Below, one piece after another: positions 49,374-61,882 of a stretch of DNA of 64,000 bases. Numbering within the stretch: the first letter of the stretch is position 1; the number at the start of each line of letters is the position of its first letter. The notes beneath the pieces are model-generated. The model saw only the letters and a list, made by a program, of their open reading frames with translations, did not search any database and was not told where the DNA came from. Origin of the DNA: Selaginella moellendorffii (taxonomy: Eukaryota; Plantae; Lycopodiophyta); the NCBI RefSeq assembly GCF_000143415.4, contig NW_003314290.1, positions 62,001-126,000 on the forward strand. Reading direction: 5' to 3'. Position numbers and translations under genes: made by a program.

Positions 49374-52300
49374 TGTAAGCGACTAAATTTTCCATTTCTA
49401 CTTTAGTCACTTAACCACACCTTCGACCATTTGGAGGAGTCTCATTCACAACTTCCATAAGTCCCACTCAGGACTTGGGGCTTGCTAGCCCCGAGAATGG
49501 TGTCCATGCCACTCAACCTTTGCACTTAGTCCCAGTGCTCCATGTGTCCGGTCCCATGACCGACACCCCAAGGCACCACCAACATACCAGTTTGTTACGC
49601 TAGGCCATGCCCAATCACCTTGGTCACATCGGTGGTCCAACACCACTTACATTGTAATCCCGTCTCTCCAAGACTGGGCCATCCGTCCATGAGTGGTCAT
49701 CCCAGATCCACCCTTTAGCATCCTTAGGATGCCCACATAGAGTAGTCTTCTAGTGTAGAGACCAAAGATACGGTCATGTGAGGAGGAAGTCCCAGAGGAC
49801 CATGGGACTTAATGGTCAAGCTTGTGAGCCTTGATCCAGTGGCAGTGTTGGCGAACACGGCTAGGGACAAAAAAAGGACTTGGTGGGGACCGGAAAAGAG
49901 ATATTGGGGAAGGCTAATCCTCATGTCTGTGAGCATCCTAAGGATACTAAAGAGTGGATCTGGGATGATCACTCATGGATGGATGGCCCATTCTATGAGA
50001 GACAGTACAATGATGCAGATGGTGTTAGACCACCGGTGTAACCAAGGTGAAGGGGCATGGCCTTAGTGTAACAAGCAGAGATATCGGTGGTACCTTGGGA
50101 TGTCGGTCATGGGATCGGACACGTGGAGCACTTGAACCAAGTGCAAAAGTTGAGTGGCGGGTATGCCATTTTCGGGGCTAGCAAGCCCAAGTCCGAAATA
50201 CGACTTATGGAGGTTGTGAGTGAGACTCCTCCAAGTGGTCGGTGGTGTGGTTAAGTGACTAAAGTATAATGGAAAATTTAGTCGCTTACAATTTGGTATC
50301 TGAGCTATTCCTTAGTTTGACCTTTATTGGTGCTCAAGTATATCATCACTGGTGTTGGCATTGGAAGGTTTTAGGAGTGGACCTATCCTTGAGGAGTAGC
50401 AAGTCGGAAAGACATGGCTCTCCAGTACAATTCAGGTATGAACTTGTAGGTGAGGTGGTGGATAGAAAAGGGCGAATAAGGGAATGACTTTGGGATCTTG
50501 GGAACAATATAAATGTTTTCTCAGAGAGTTGAGGATGTGATCCAAATGAGCATTTGACTTAGCAAACTAGCTGATGTAGTTGTGATAAACAAATACAGTT
50601 GGGATCACGGGAAAGATGTAGACTCCAAAATAAAAGAGTCACAAGATGACCCTTATATAGTTGAGGCTGGTGCTCATAAATTTGAGACTGGAATTGATGA
50701 CCGTGGGAGGTCAAATATAGAAGAGGACACAAGTCCTTGAAATGGTAGCTGGGGCTACCTTTAATAAATGCTGGCACCTCAAAAGTAGGACCTCACGGGT
50801 CGTTGGATGACAAAGTCCAAAAAGCTGGATGACTCAAATAGAGTCAAGGAATAATTCTAAAGGATTAATGGAAGCATTTGGACGAAGGTGTGTTGTACCC
50901 CACAAAAGATGGGGGGGATCATAAGATCCAAGTATGAGAACGAAGGGTATCTCATTGATGGCAGAATGTGCTATACTAAAGTCGTGGGAAAGGTGTTCCC
51001 CAAAAAAGAAAGCAATTTTGGCATAAAATTGTGTATGAACACTATGGTGCAGTGCTAACTGATAATTGGTATAAGAAACAATCATATTGGTTTTTGGCAA
51101 AGACCTAGACAAAAGTAAGAAGTGTCATAGAGGTAGGCTCGTGGAGTTGATGGTGTGGAAACACCAAGTGTGCCAAGACATGCTACCTTGAGGTCAAGTT
51201 TGCGGGTTCATGAGAACCACTTCCAAAGGAATTTCAATGGAAATGGGAATGGCATAGCCTAAGCTGGAAGGTAAGTGGTTAGAGTGTGGTGACCCAAATA
51301 ATGATGGAGGTGTGAAAGCACCAGCAATGAGTTGTAGGACTTGACAATTATAAGGCAACTAAGCAAAAAGTGCAAAATAATTGGTTAAATTGGTAGAAGG
51401 TAAATACCTAAGACTTCTTATGGGGATAAGGAAGTTAGATATACCCTTATGGGGGAGAAACTACTTATGTTGCAAAATAGTAAGTCAATATTGTAAAAGG
51501 AATGCTCATTGCCAAAGAAGGCCATCATTGGGACACTTAAACACTCTAAAACACCAGAAAGTGGTGTTTGGTGTCACGAGGGCATTTTATAAGGCCCAAG
51601 GGACTAAGTCCCTAGCAAATGATGGATAGGAGGTGCTATCCAAAGGTCCAAGGTTTTGGAGACGGGAAAAATCCGCCTACCCGATTTGGACAAAGCCAAA
51701 AATGGGATTTTAGCAAAGGCTAATAATGGGCAAATAGAGGCCCATAAGTAGCAATGTTAATCCCGGTATGTGGGATTATAAAGTGAGCATGTCCAGATTG
51801 AGGGACCATTCCCTAAGTTATTGGGTAGGTTCATCCCTATGAATACTTGCTAAGGCATGGTAGAAGGTGCAAAGCTATCCTCCTAGTCTGGAGGAGAATA
51901 ACCAAAGGAAACGTATAAGGCCAAAAGGCAAATAGTATTGGGATGGAACTGAACCATAGAAATCGAAGGGCATAACCAATGGTGGTTATGCAAGTTGGGA
52001 GTGGAGAATCAAGAGGGTGTTCAAGGATGTTGTTACTAGCAACCACGAGGTCATGAAGAGTCTAAAATGTGGAATAATCCATGTTAGACCATATGGTGAG
52101 TAGAGAGCTTGCGAAGGAGAAACCTTAACAAGTTAAGGAACAGAGTTCCTTGAACGTTCCCAAAGACAATTCTAGGTGGATAACTACCTAGAAAGCCAAG
52201 TGTAAATGGTTCCTAGAATGCGCAAAATCAAAGTGGCGCAACAGAAGCGTGGTCTTGAAGCTGGTCATGAGGCGAGGCTATCAAGGTTGGGGAAGTAATT

Positions 52301-55300
52301 CCCAAGTGTTCAAAGAGAGGGTTTTGAACAAAAGTCGATGGTTAAAGACTTTCACGCTTATTCATGAACCATGTTACGGTGGCCAAATGACTTGCTAAGT
52401 GAGATTGGCAAATCAAGGGAACAAATCCCCTAGTCAAAGCTGCTAACTTCGAAAGGGGTGGCCCATGGGGCCGAGTATGGAGGAGTCCATGCATGATCAC
52501 AAACTTGCCAAGTGAGAGGATTTGGCAGTGCGGAGGAACTAGGTTCCTAAGTTGTGATCTATAGTGCGTTTTAAGTATATGTTGGTGCACTAACGTGGGG
52601 AGTCACGCCAAACATCTTGTGTGATGTCATCTGTAGATGCATATACAGAGGTTGGGTTCAAGTCCCGACCCTCTAGTGCTTGGGTTCAAGTCCAAAATCA
52701 CTAGGGCGTGGTGATGGTTTGGAATATGAGAACACTCATTTTTCGGTGGTTATGGACTCTCAATGAAGAGACTGGTTTGGGCACACTGCCAAACGAAGGA
52801 TGCCTCGGAGTCGTGATGCACAGTTAGATTGCTTAGTGTGGCTCGACATATATAACTTGAACACTTGGTGAGAGTGGCACCAAGGATGTGGTGAATGAAA
52901 TGGGGACACCCAATCTCAGTTACTATAGACCCCTAGCCGAAAGGGCTAGCTTGGGTGCACTGCCAAATGTGGGGGATGCCCCTAGGGTCATTGTGATCAA
53001 AGTGTTGGTTTGAAGCATTGATGATAGTGTGGCTTGGTCAAGGTGACCAAGTGGGAAAAACACCTAAGGGAAATGATTTGTGATTATGCGATGGCATAAT
53101 GAGTCTGAAGAAAGTAGTATCTAGGACTTATAGAGGTTGTGAGTGACACTCCTCCAAGTGGTCGATGGTGTGGTTAAGTGATTAAAGTAGAATGGAAAAT
53201 TTAGTTGCTTACACACACCATCAACTCCACAAGCCTACTTTTGTAACACTTTGCATTTGTGTCTAAGTTTTTGCCAAGACCAACAGAGTTGTTTCTCATG
53301 CTAACTATCCATTAGCACTACCCCATAGCATTCGCACACAACTCTAAACTGAAGTTGCTTTCTTCTGGGAACACCTTTCCTATGACTTTAGTATGGCACA
53401 TTCTGCCATCACTGAGATACCCACTATTCCTATACTTGGATTTTATGATCCTCCCCATCCTCCATAAGCACTACACACCTTAGTCCAAATGCTTCCATCA
53501 ATCTTTTAGGACCATTCCTTGACTCCAATCAAGTCATTTAGCTTCTTGGACTTTATTAATCCCACGACATATAAGGTCTTATTTTTGAGGTGCCAGTTTG
53601 TTAGAATACAACTTTTTGTATTCATGTCCTACTCACCAAGACCACCATTACAAGTGTTATCCCAACACTTGATTATTTTTTGTTCTTTTATGGGCTACCT
53701 TCACCCCTTAGGACTATCTGTCCATATGATGAGAATATAAACTCATCCTCTAAGTACACCCCGAACTCCTAGAGTTGTTCCAACATTTATTCAAAGTAGC
53801 TCCAGCTACCATTTCAAAAATTTATGTCTTCATCCATATTTGACCTCTCACGGTCCTTAATTCCAGTCTCAAATTCATGAGCACCAGCCTCAACTATATG
53901 AGGATAATCTTGTGACTCATTTATTGTTTTGGAGTCTTTATCTTTCACGTGATCCTAACTATAGTTGCCTACCACAACTACAATAGCCAGTTTGCTAAGT
54001 CAAACGCTCATTTGGATCATATCCTCAACTCTCTAAGGAAACTTTTATACTGTTCCCAAGATCCCAAAGTCATTCCCTTATTCGCCCTTTTCTATCCACC
54101 ACCTCATCTACAAGTTCATACCTGAATTGTACTGGAGAGCCCATGTCTTTCCGACTTGCTACTCCTCAAGGATAGGTCCACTTCTAAAACCTTCCAATGC
54201 CAACACCAGTGATGATATACTTAAGCACCAATAAAGGTCAAACTAAGGAACAGCTCAGATACCAAATTGTAAGCGACTAAATTTTCCATTATACTTTAGT
54301 CACTTAACCACACCACCGACCACTTGGAGGAGTCTCACTCACAACCTCCATAAGTCATATTTCGGACTTGGGCTTGCTAGCCCCGAGAATGGCATCCCCG
54401 CCACTCAACTTTTGCACTTGGTTCAAGTGCTCCACGTGTCCGGTCCCACGACCGACACCCAAAGGTACCTCCGACATATTGGCCCGTTACACTAAGGCCA
54501 TGCCCATTCACCTTTGCCACACTGGTGGTCCAATACCACTTGCATCACAATCCCATCTCTCCAAAACTGAGCCATTCGTCCACGAGTGGTCATCCCAAAT
54601 CCACTCTTTAGTATCCTTAGGATGCCCATAGATATGGGGAATAGCCTTCCCCAATATTCCTTTGTCAGTCCCTATCAAATCCCTTTCTGTCCATGGCCGT
54701 ATTCGCCAACACTACCACTGGATCAAGGCCCGCAGACCCGACCACTAAGTCTCATTGTCCTTTGAGACTTCCTTACCATGTGACCGTATTCTTAGTCACT
54801 ACACTAGAGGATTGCTCCTCCTCCTTTCCACAATCTGGGACTTTGGGACAACATTTCAGAACACCGTGGCCCTACACGAGCCTCAGGGGTACTCTTTCCA
54901 TCTTCCGTCTTTTGGTGCTCTAGCCATGGGCTTAGAGCAAGGTTCCATTGAGCCACACTAGGTGTCCAAGTAGGTAATGCCACCCACACTTTGACTGAGA
55001 GCATCGACCATTTGATCTCCCAGGGGAACTAAAGCCAGCTCTTGAACACTTCACCAAGCTACCCCGCTTGTCAGTCTGTATTCACTCTAGCTTTGGACTT
55101 CCCAGTGGTTATCCCATCACCCAACACCTTGGTACAACTTTCCTGGGCCAAACTGGCCTTCCTTGGCCAAATTGGCTCCACTAGAGTCCTCCCCTACTAT
55201 ACTTTTGGAGCTCATCAAACCCCCTAGGGTCTGGGAGACGAACAATTTGGGCTTTCACCCTCTCAGACTCGAACTCAAACTCAGACTCAGACTCAGACTC

Positions 55301-55849
55301 AGACTCGGACTCGAGCTTGGGCTCGGTCTCGGCCTCGGTCCCGGTCTCAATCTCAGTCTCAGTCTCAACTTCAGACTCCATCTCGGGTCCTTCTCAGACT
55401 CCATCTCTGATTCCATCTCAGGTCCATCTCAAACTTCATCTTGGGTCCATCTCGGACTCCATCTCGGTCCATTTCGGACTCCATCTCGGACTCCATCTTG
55501 CATCCATCTCGGACTCCATCTTGGACTCCATCTCAGGTCCATCTCGGACTCCATCTCGGTCCATCTTGGACTCCATCTCGGACTCCGTCTCGGGTCCATC
55601 TAGGACTCCATCTCGGACTCCATCTCATGTCCATCTTGGGTCCATCTCAAGTCCCTTTTCTAGAGACTCTCTTATTGTTCGCTTCATGCTCGTTCTTTGA
55701 GCACTCCAACCGGAGTTCCACTCCCGCTCTTGACCTTTCAAGTCGGAGCTTTTAGTCCAAACATGTTACGCTCATTTGGCTTTGCTTCGGCCACTACCAC
55801 GTGGCACCCTTTTAGCTCCACTTTGGGGCTTAGGGATTTGTGTTTCACA
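49374..55849 (-). mobile_element. LTR element (1.6-1.7-kb LTR family) inserted in the gypsy RT and interrupted by an opposite-orientation copy of itself
   Basis: 5' LTR at 54268-55849 with an iMet-type PBS (rc ATTTGGTATCTGAGCT, 54252-54267); 3'-LTR end at 49374-49740. The plus-strand copy has an LTR end at 49741-50290, a PBS at 50291-50306 and a second LTR end at 53213. Confidence 0.8.
55260..55645. repeat. Hexamer plus 11/12-mer tandem array (CTCGGACTCCAT / CTCGGGTCCAT) inside LTR
   Basis: Visible CTCAGA/CTCGGT hexamers followed by CTCGGACTCCAT-type units. Confidence 0.93.
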
Positions 55850-57132
55850 ACAACTTATCTTGGGTACTATATTTTTCATGAGGGTTTGCAAGTTGATCCT
55901 AACAAAATTATGACTGTTCTAAAGTTCTGTACTCCGAAGTGTGTGAATAATGTATAACACTTCCTAGGTAAGGTGCAATATCTCAATTGTTTTATAAATC
56001 ATCTTTCTGATCACACTGGACTATTGCAAGCATTGATAAAGTCATCAACGTCATCTTTTATTTAGTCTACATACTGTGAGTGGGTGTTCATAGATCTTAA
56101 GGAGCTATTAATGACTTCTTTGGTTTTTGCGTATTTTGACTACACTCAACTTTTCATTCTGCACATGGATGCTTCTGATAGTGATCTTGAAAATGTGTTG
56201 ATGCAAAAGAGTCCAAATGTGCCTAATCAGCAACATCCCATTGCATATATAAGTTGTATATTATAACCAATAGGGCAAATTACTCCACGATAGAAAAAGA
56301 CTATTTAGCAATAATTTAGGGTTTTTAGAAACTTCATGCATATCAACATGGTTCTTGAACATTACTAAAAGGTGATCATGCTGTCATTATTTCATTATTG
56401 AAGAGGAAAAATTTGGTTGGTTATATTCCTTAGTGGGTTTTAAAGCTTTAAATATATGTTATTCATCACTCGGGAAGTTTTATGGTTGATGTTGATGCCC
56501 TTTCTTTAGCTCCTCTTCTTTTTTCACTCTCTTTTCATATTTTTGATAAGTATGTTGTTCTAGCTAATGATAGTTGTTGTACTTGAGATTCAGTGTCCAT
56601 AAGGTGCAGAGCAAGATTTATCTGTTTTTGATGAGGTTTGCAAGACTCAAAAGATTAAGCTATGGATTTGAAGGCTTCAAGATGAGTTTGAGAATCTTGC
56701 ATCATTTATTGATGACTTGACATTCTAGCATTTATATTTTCAATATCACTTTGAAAACAACTTTCTTTATTTTGTGAAGACAGATCCTGATGATCATTTA
56801 TGGTTGGTGGTGCCTTCAATCTTTATTTCACAGTTTCTCCATACCTACCATAATTTTTCTATTGTAAGCAGGCATATGGGATATCATTATGTGACCGAGA
56901 AGTTGCGCAAGTCTTTTTATGGGCCAGAGATATGACATGATGTTATCCGGTATATGTGTAGCTACATTTGGTGCCAAATTTGTAATACTCCCCCTCATGC
57001 TACGGAAGGATGGTTGAAATTAATTGTAATGTCTCATCTATTTGAGTTAGTGGCATTTGATCTTATAAAACCTTTTCCACAATCAACTACTAGCAATGAG
57101 TATTTTATTATTGCTTTTGATTACTTAACTTG

Positions 57133-58859
57133 TGTAAGCGACTAAATTTTCCATTCTACTTTAGTCACTTAACCACACCTCCGACTACTTGGAGGAGTCT
57201 CATTCACAACCTCCATAAGTCCAATTCAGGACTTGGGACTTGCTAGCCCTGAGAATGGCATCCATGCCACTCAACATTTGCACTTGGTCCAAGTGCTCCA
57301 CATGTCTGATCCCATGACCGACACTCAAAGGTACCACCGACATGGCAGCTTGTTACGCTAAGGCCATGCCGAATCACCTTTGCCACACTAGTAGTCCAAT
57401 ACCCCTTGCATCACAATCTTGGCTCTCCAAGACTAGGCAAACCATCCGTGAGTGGTCATCTCAGATCCACTCCTTAGCATCCTTAGGATGCCCACCGACA
57501 AGGGGAATAGCCTTCCCCAATATCCCTCTGTCAGTCCCCACTAAGTCCCTTTCTGCCCCTAGCCGTGTTTGCCAACACTGCCACTAGATCGAGGCCCACA
57601 GGCCCGACCACTAAGTCCCACGGTCCTCTGGGACTTCCTCACCACACGACTGTGTCCTTGGTCACTACCCCAGAGGACTGCTCCTCTTCCTTTCCACAGT
57701 CTGGGCCTTTAGGACAACATTTCGGAACACCGTGGCCTTACGCGAGCCACCTGGGTACTCTCCCCGCCTTCCGCCCTTAGGTGCTCTAGCCATGGGCTTA
57801 GAGCGAGGTTCCGTTGAGCCACGCTTGGTATCCAAGTAGGTAGTGCCACCCACACTTGGACTGGGAGCATCGGCCAGTCGATCTCCCGAGGGAACTAGAG
57901 CCGGCTCTTGAACACTTCACCAAGCTACCCCGCTTGTCGGTCCGTATTCACTCTAGTCTTGGACTTCCCAGTGGTCAGTTCATCACCCAACACTGGGTCT
58001 GGCCTTCCTGGGCCAAACTGGCCTTTCCTGGCCAAACTGGCTCCACTGCAGTCCTCCCCCTACTATACTTTTGAAGCTCACTAAACCCCCCAGGGTCTGG
58101 GAGACGAACGCTTTGGGCTTTCACCCTCTCAAGCTCGAACTCGGACTGGGCCTCGGACTCGGACTCGGATTCGGACTCGGATTCGGACTCGGCCTCGGCC
58201 TTGGTCTCGGTCTCGGTCCCGATCTCGGTCTCGGTCTCGGTCCCGGTCTCGGTCTTGGTCCCGGTCTCGACTTCAGACTCCATCTCGGGTCCATCTCGGA
58301 CTCCATCTCGGACTCCATCTCGGGTCCATCTCGGGTCCATCTCGGGTCCATCTCGGACTCCATCTCGGACTCCACCTCGGACTCCATCTCGGGTCCTTCT
58401 CGGACTCCATCTCGGGTCCATCTCGGACTCCATATCGGACTCCACTTCGGACTCCACTTCGGATCCATCTCAGACTCCATATCGGACTCCACTTCGGGTC
58501 CATTTCGGACTCCATATCGGACTCCACTTTGGACTCCACTTCGGATCCATCTCGGACTCCATATCGGACTCCATCTCGGACTCCACTTCGGACCCCATAT
58601 CGGACTACTTTGGGTCCATCTCAGACACTTCCACGTGTTATGTGTTGGTCCTTTTTGGGTCCCTTTTTGGAGCCTTGCTTATTGGTTGCCTCGTGCTTGC
58701 TCCTCGAGCACTTTGTTGGGAGTTCCACTCCCGCTCTCGACCTTCCAAGTCGGAGCTTTTTAGCCCGAATGCGTTATGCTCGTTTGGCTTTCGCTTCGGC
58801 CACTATCACATGGCACCCTTCCGGCTCCACTTTGGGGCCTAGGGATTTTGTGTCTCACA
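57133..58859 (-). mobile_element. Solo LTR, 1727 bp, with 5-bp TSD ACTTG, inserted in the gypsy integrase
   Basis: ACTTG (57128-57132) | TGTAAGCG...TCTCACA | ACTTG (58860-58864). Colinear with the LTR at 54268-55849. Confidence 0.93.
58130..58625. repeat. Longer copy of the hexamer plus 11/12-mer tandem array inside the solo LTR
   Basis: CTCGGA/CTCGGT hexamers, then CTCGGACTCCAT, CTCGGGTCCAT, ATCGGACTCCAC and TTCGGACTCCAC units. Confidence 0.95.
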
Positions 58860-59450
58860 ACTTGCTAGGTGGAAGTTAGTGCTTTTGTAAGCACCTCCAC
58901 AACTACTGTTAGATAATTTCTCCTCAATCGAGTGGTGTTCCAGCAATCTTGTTTAGAGCGGATTACCTAGGCCACATACAAGTAAAATAACAATAGTGCT
59001 ACAACTTCTATCATTTTCCACTTACAAAGTACATAATAGATGGCTTGGTATTAGTTTGTTTTCCCCATTTTACAATATGTGGTTTATATAAAGCTCCAAA
59101 AATTATACATGTGCAACAATTGAAATACTTTGTACAAAAAGATCAGGAATAGTTGGCACCACCTACACATCCACTAATGCTTCCTCTTGATATTCCTCTA
59201 AATCCTAGCCCATCTATGAGAGAACCTTGATGGTCTTCCATTATTCCGAGAAGAGGGGATAATATAAGGTCCAAGTGTATGGTTACGCTACCATATATTA
59301 ATATTAGTGTAGTGGGATTTAGGTAGCTGTTGGATTAGTTTCAATCCAAACCACTCACTCTTATATATAAACTAGGTTTTTTAGGCTAATTGATATGCAC
59401 ATTTTCTATATTGCCTTTTTATATTCCATGCACTTACAGCTCTAATTACA

Positions 59451-61150
59451 AAACAATTCTAAATCATCATGATGTATAATAAAATTTTAAAAAGTGATCC
59501 AAGATTTTATTATAATATTTTATCCTAATTATCCTAAATAATTCACCCACTTTAACTAATACACAAGAAATAATGTTTTGAAATAAAATAAAAAATATTT
59601 ATATATCAAATTGAAAAATATTATAAAATCTAAAAAGTGTATAATAGCATATTCGGAAATCTAGATGAGTGGATGTCATAACTTAAACCATCTAAATGTT
59701 TAAATATTTTATAAATTTTTAAAAAGTAACAGTATATTAATTATATTTTTTGATAAAATTAAAATAAATAAAACATTATAAATGTATATACTAATATAGT
59801 TAAAAGGGATGTTTATAAACATATATATTTGAAACACTTCTTATTCAATAAATTTATTAATGTATTAATAAAAGATCATTTAAAGTATTTATTAAAGTAA
59901 ACCATATTATCTATTTAAGTCTTCTATAGCTCTCATAAAATTAATATTTTTAGGTTTTCACATGCTATATCTCATTAACTTTATTTATAATAGAATATTA
60001 GTTAAGATAAAAACATAAACACATGTCTGATTTTATCATAAAGAAATAAATTAATATCAGGGATAGAGGCAATTTGCAACTAGTAAAAAAATAGAAATTT
60101 TTCTTCTTGGTCAAAAAACTTTAATTAGTGTCAATATAGACAATTATATTATTATTTTCCATTACCTTACAAACTTGTATATTTTCTTCTTTTTCATAAA
60201 ATTTTTTGTAACACTAAACATATTTTTATAACATTAAATTGCCCATCTTATGTAAATAAAATTTATTTATATTTTCTAATAATAATATTTAAGTAAAATA
60301 TTTGATCAATTTTATAAATGTGTTGATTATAAATATTACTTATGACTCTTCTTTTGTAAACTATTAAATTATAATACACTAAACAACTACATATCACTCT
60401 CTTCTGTAAAAGTTATGGGAATAATCATAATGATTTTAAACACTGATCTTGTAACAGTTCTCTGACATTTACCAATTATGTTAATAACTAACTCTAGGTA
60501 ATTTATTTTTGATTTCCAAAGTCCACATAGTACCAGATCAAGTTAATCACTAAAACTTTGTCATTCACATGTTAACTAAAGTTGAAAAAATATAGAATCA
60601 CTTCAATATACATAAGGTTATTGACTAAAGTTATTAACTAAATCAAAGTATTTTTCAATAACAAATAACAAAATTTATTAATAAATTTAAATAAAATAAA
60701 AAAGGATTTAGTGTATATTTTTTATAAATTTAATTATTTTTATTTACAAATGATAATATATTTTATTAATTTTATTTTATTATTTAATATCAAATTTAAC
60801 TTTTGATGATTCTTCTATGTAAAATAATTGATTAAAGTGGCATTAATTTATAACATTTATGTTATGACTAATTTTTTCAGTCGTTACTTTTTATTTTTTA
60901 ATTATATCTGTAAATGTAGTTTATATTTATCTCACAATTTTTAATTGTAATAAAAGTTATTTTAAATATTAGTTATTATGTAGGTAACTTAATATATTTT
61001 GATTTTTAAATTATTTATTTATTTTTAAAAATATTCTTTATTACAGATATATTGAGAAAATTTTACTTTCAAATATTTTTTTTATCTATTAGTAATATAA
61101 AATTTTGTTGTACTTATTTAAAATTTTGTTCAGAAATTTGATTACATTTG
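59451..61150. other. Extremely AT-rich non-coding block
   Basis: Almost only A/T runs; no ORF of 60 aa or more in the supplied track. Confidence 0.8.
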
Positions 61151-61789
61151 AATGTAGTCAGAATCCTTTGAAATGAGCTAAAGGGCAGAAAAGAAAACAA
61201 TAGGGCATAAACAGCTCTCATGGAAATCCATATCCCACCCTTAGACCAAATGGATTTATGAACTAGTTACAAAGTCTTTCTTTTTTTCTCACCTTAATAA
61301 GATCTCATTGCAAGAAGAATTCATGCCCGTGTGCACCACACACACCACCACTGCTGCCAGCCATCCCAGTCAACTCTCCATATGGCACCACTGTCCGCCG
61401 CACAGCACCAGCAGTGGGAACTGGCGAGCTTGATCGCACCTCGACCACTTTACACACATGAAAAGTGGAAAACAACAAGTTGGACATCCAAATGTGGTTG
61501 TATGTATCATCAGGATGTCTACAGAAAGTTAAAAGCATCACTTCTGAATGGTTTTGGGTCAACTGTCAAATCATAATTTTTTCAACTACAAATAATCCAA
61601 ACTTTAATTCACATGGAAAAGTTTTGTGGAAAATCCCTTTTATAATATAGTTTCATCTAATATTAATTTGTTTTCAGTGAAGATGTGAATACTGAGAAAC
61701 ACAGCTCTAGCTGCTAAAGCTACAGGAAGAGGGAGGCAGTGTAGCATGTACATTCCAGAGTCCACGATGTCAAGGTTGAGTTCACTAGC

Positions 61790-61848
61790 TCGGACGGATC
61801 TCCAACACACTGCATCTTAACCGATAGCTCCAAACTTGGTCAGTGTTT
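61790..61848 (+). repeat. Duplicate of the cyclase gene 3' end (43698-43757)
   Basis: GACGGATCTCCAACACACTGCATCTTAACCGATAGCTCCAAACTTGGTCAGTGTTT versus GACGGATCTCCAACACGCTGCATCTTAACCGATTAGCTCCAAACTTGGTCAGTGTTT. Confidence 0.92.
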
Positions 61849-61882
61849 ACCATTTCTTTCTCTCGACCAAGCTCGTTTCTCT

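Larger units (their letters stand above)
43972..59450 (+). mobile_element. Decayed Ty3/gypsy LTR retrotransposon hosting nested insertions
   Basis: Related short termini at ~43972-44104 and 59263-59450, with PPT GAGAAGAGGGGATAA at 59248-59262. Domains in gypsy order: gag (FQGMALQWY, 44557), RT (EKGVIQ..SSWA..DYRPLN, 48917-49373; YLGY, 55855), RNase H (LHMDASD..HPIAY, 56084), integrase (CQIC..FELVAFDLIKP..IIAFDYLT, 56950-57130). Many stops. Confidence 0.85.

Noticed and set aside
58270-58620. Possible CRISPR-like array
   Set aside because: The units are contiguous with no unique spacers, the context is eukaryotic and there are no cas genes.
55163-58879. Repeat-peptide ORFs (LGLHLG, SISD, PSRT, MESE)
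   Set aside because: They arise from stop-free tandem units inside LTRs; the mix of 11- and 12-mers shifts frame, so there is no sign of coding selection.
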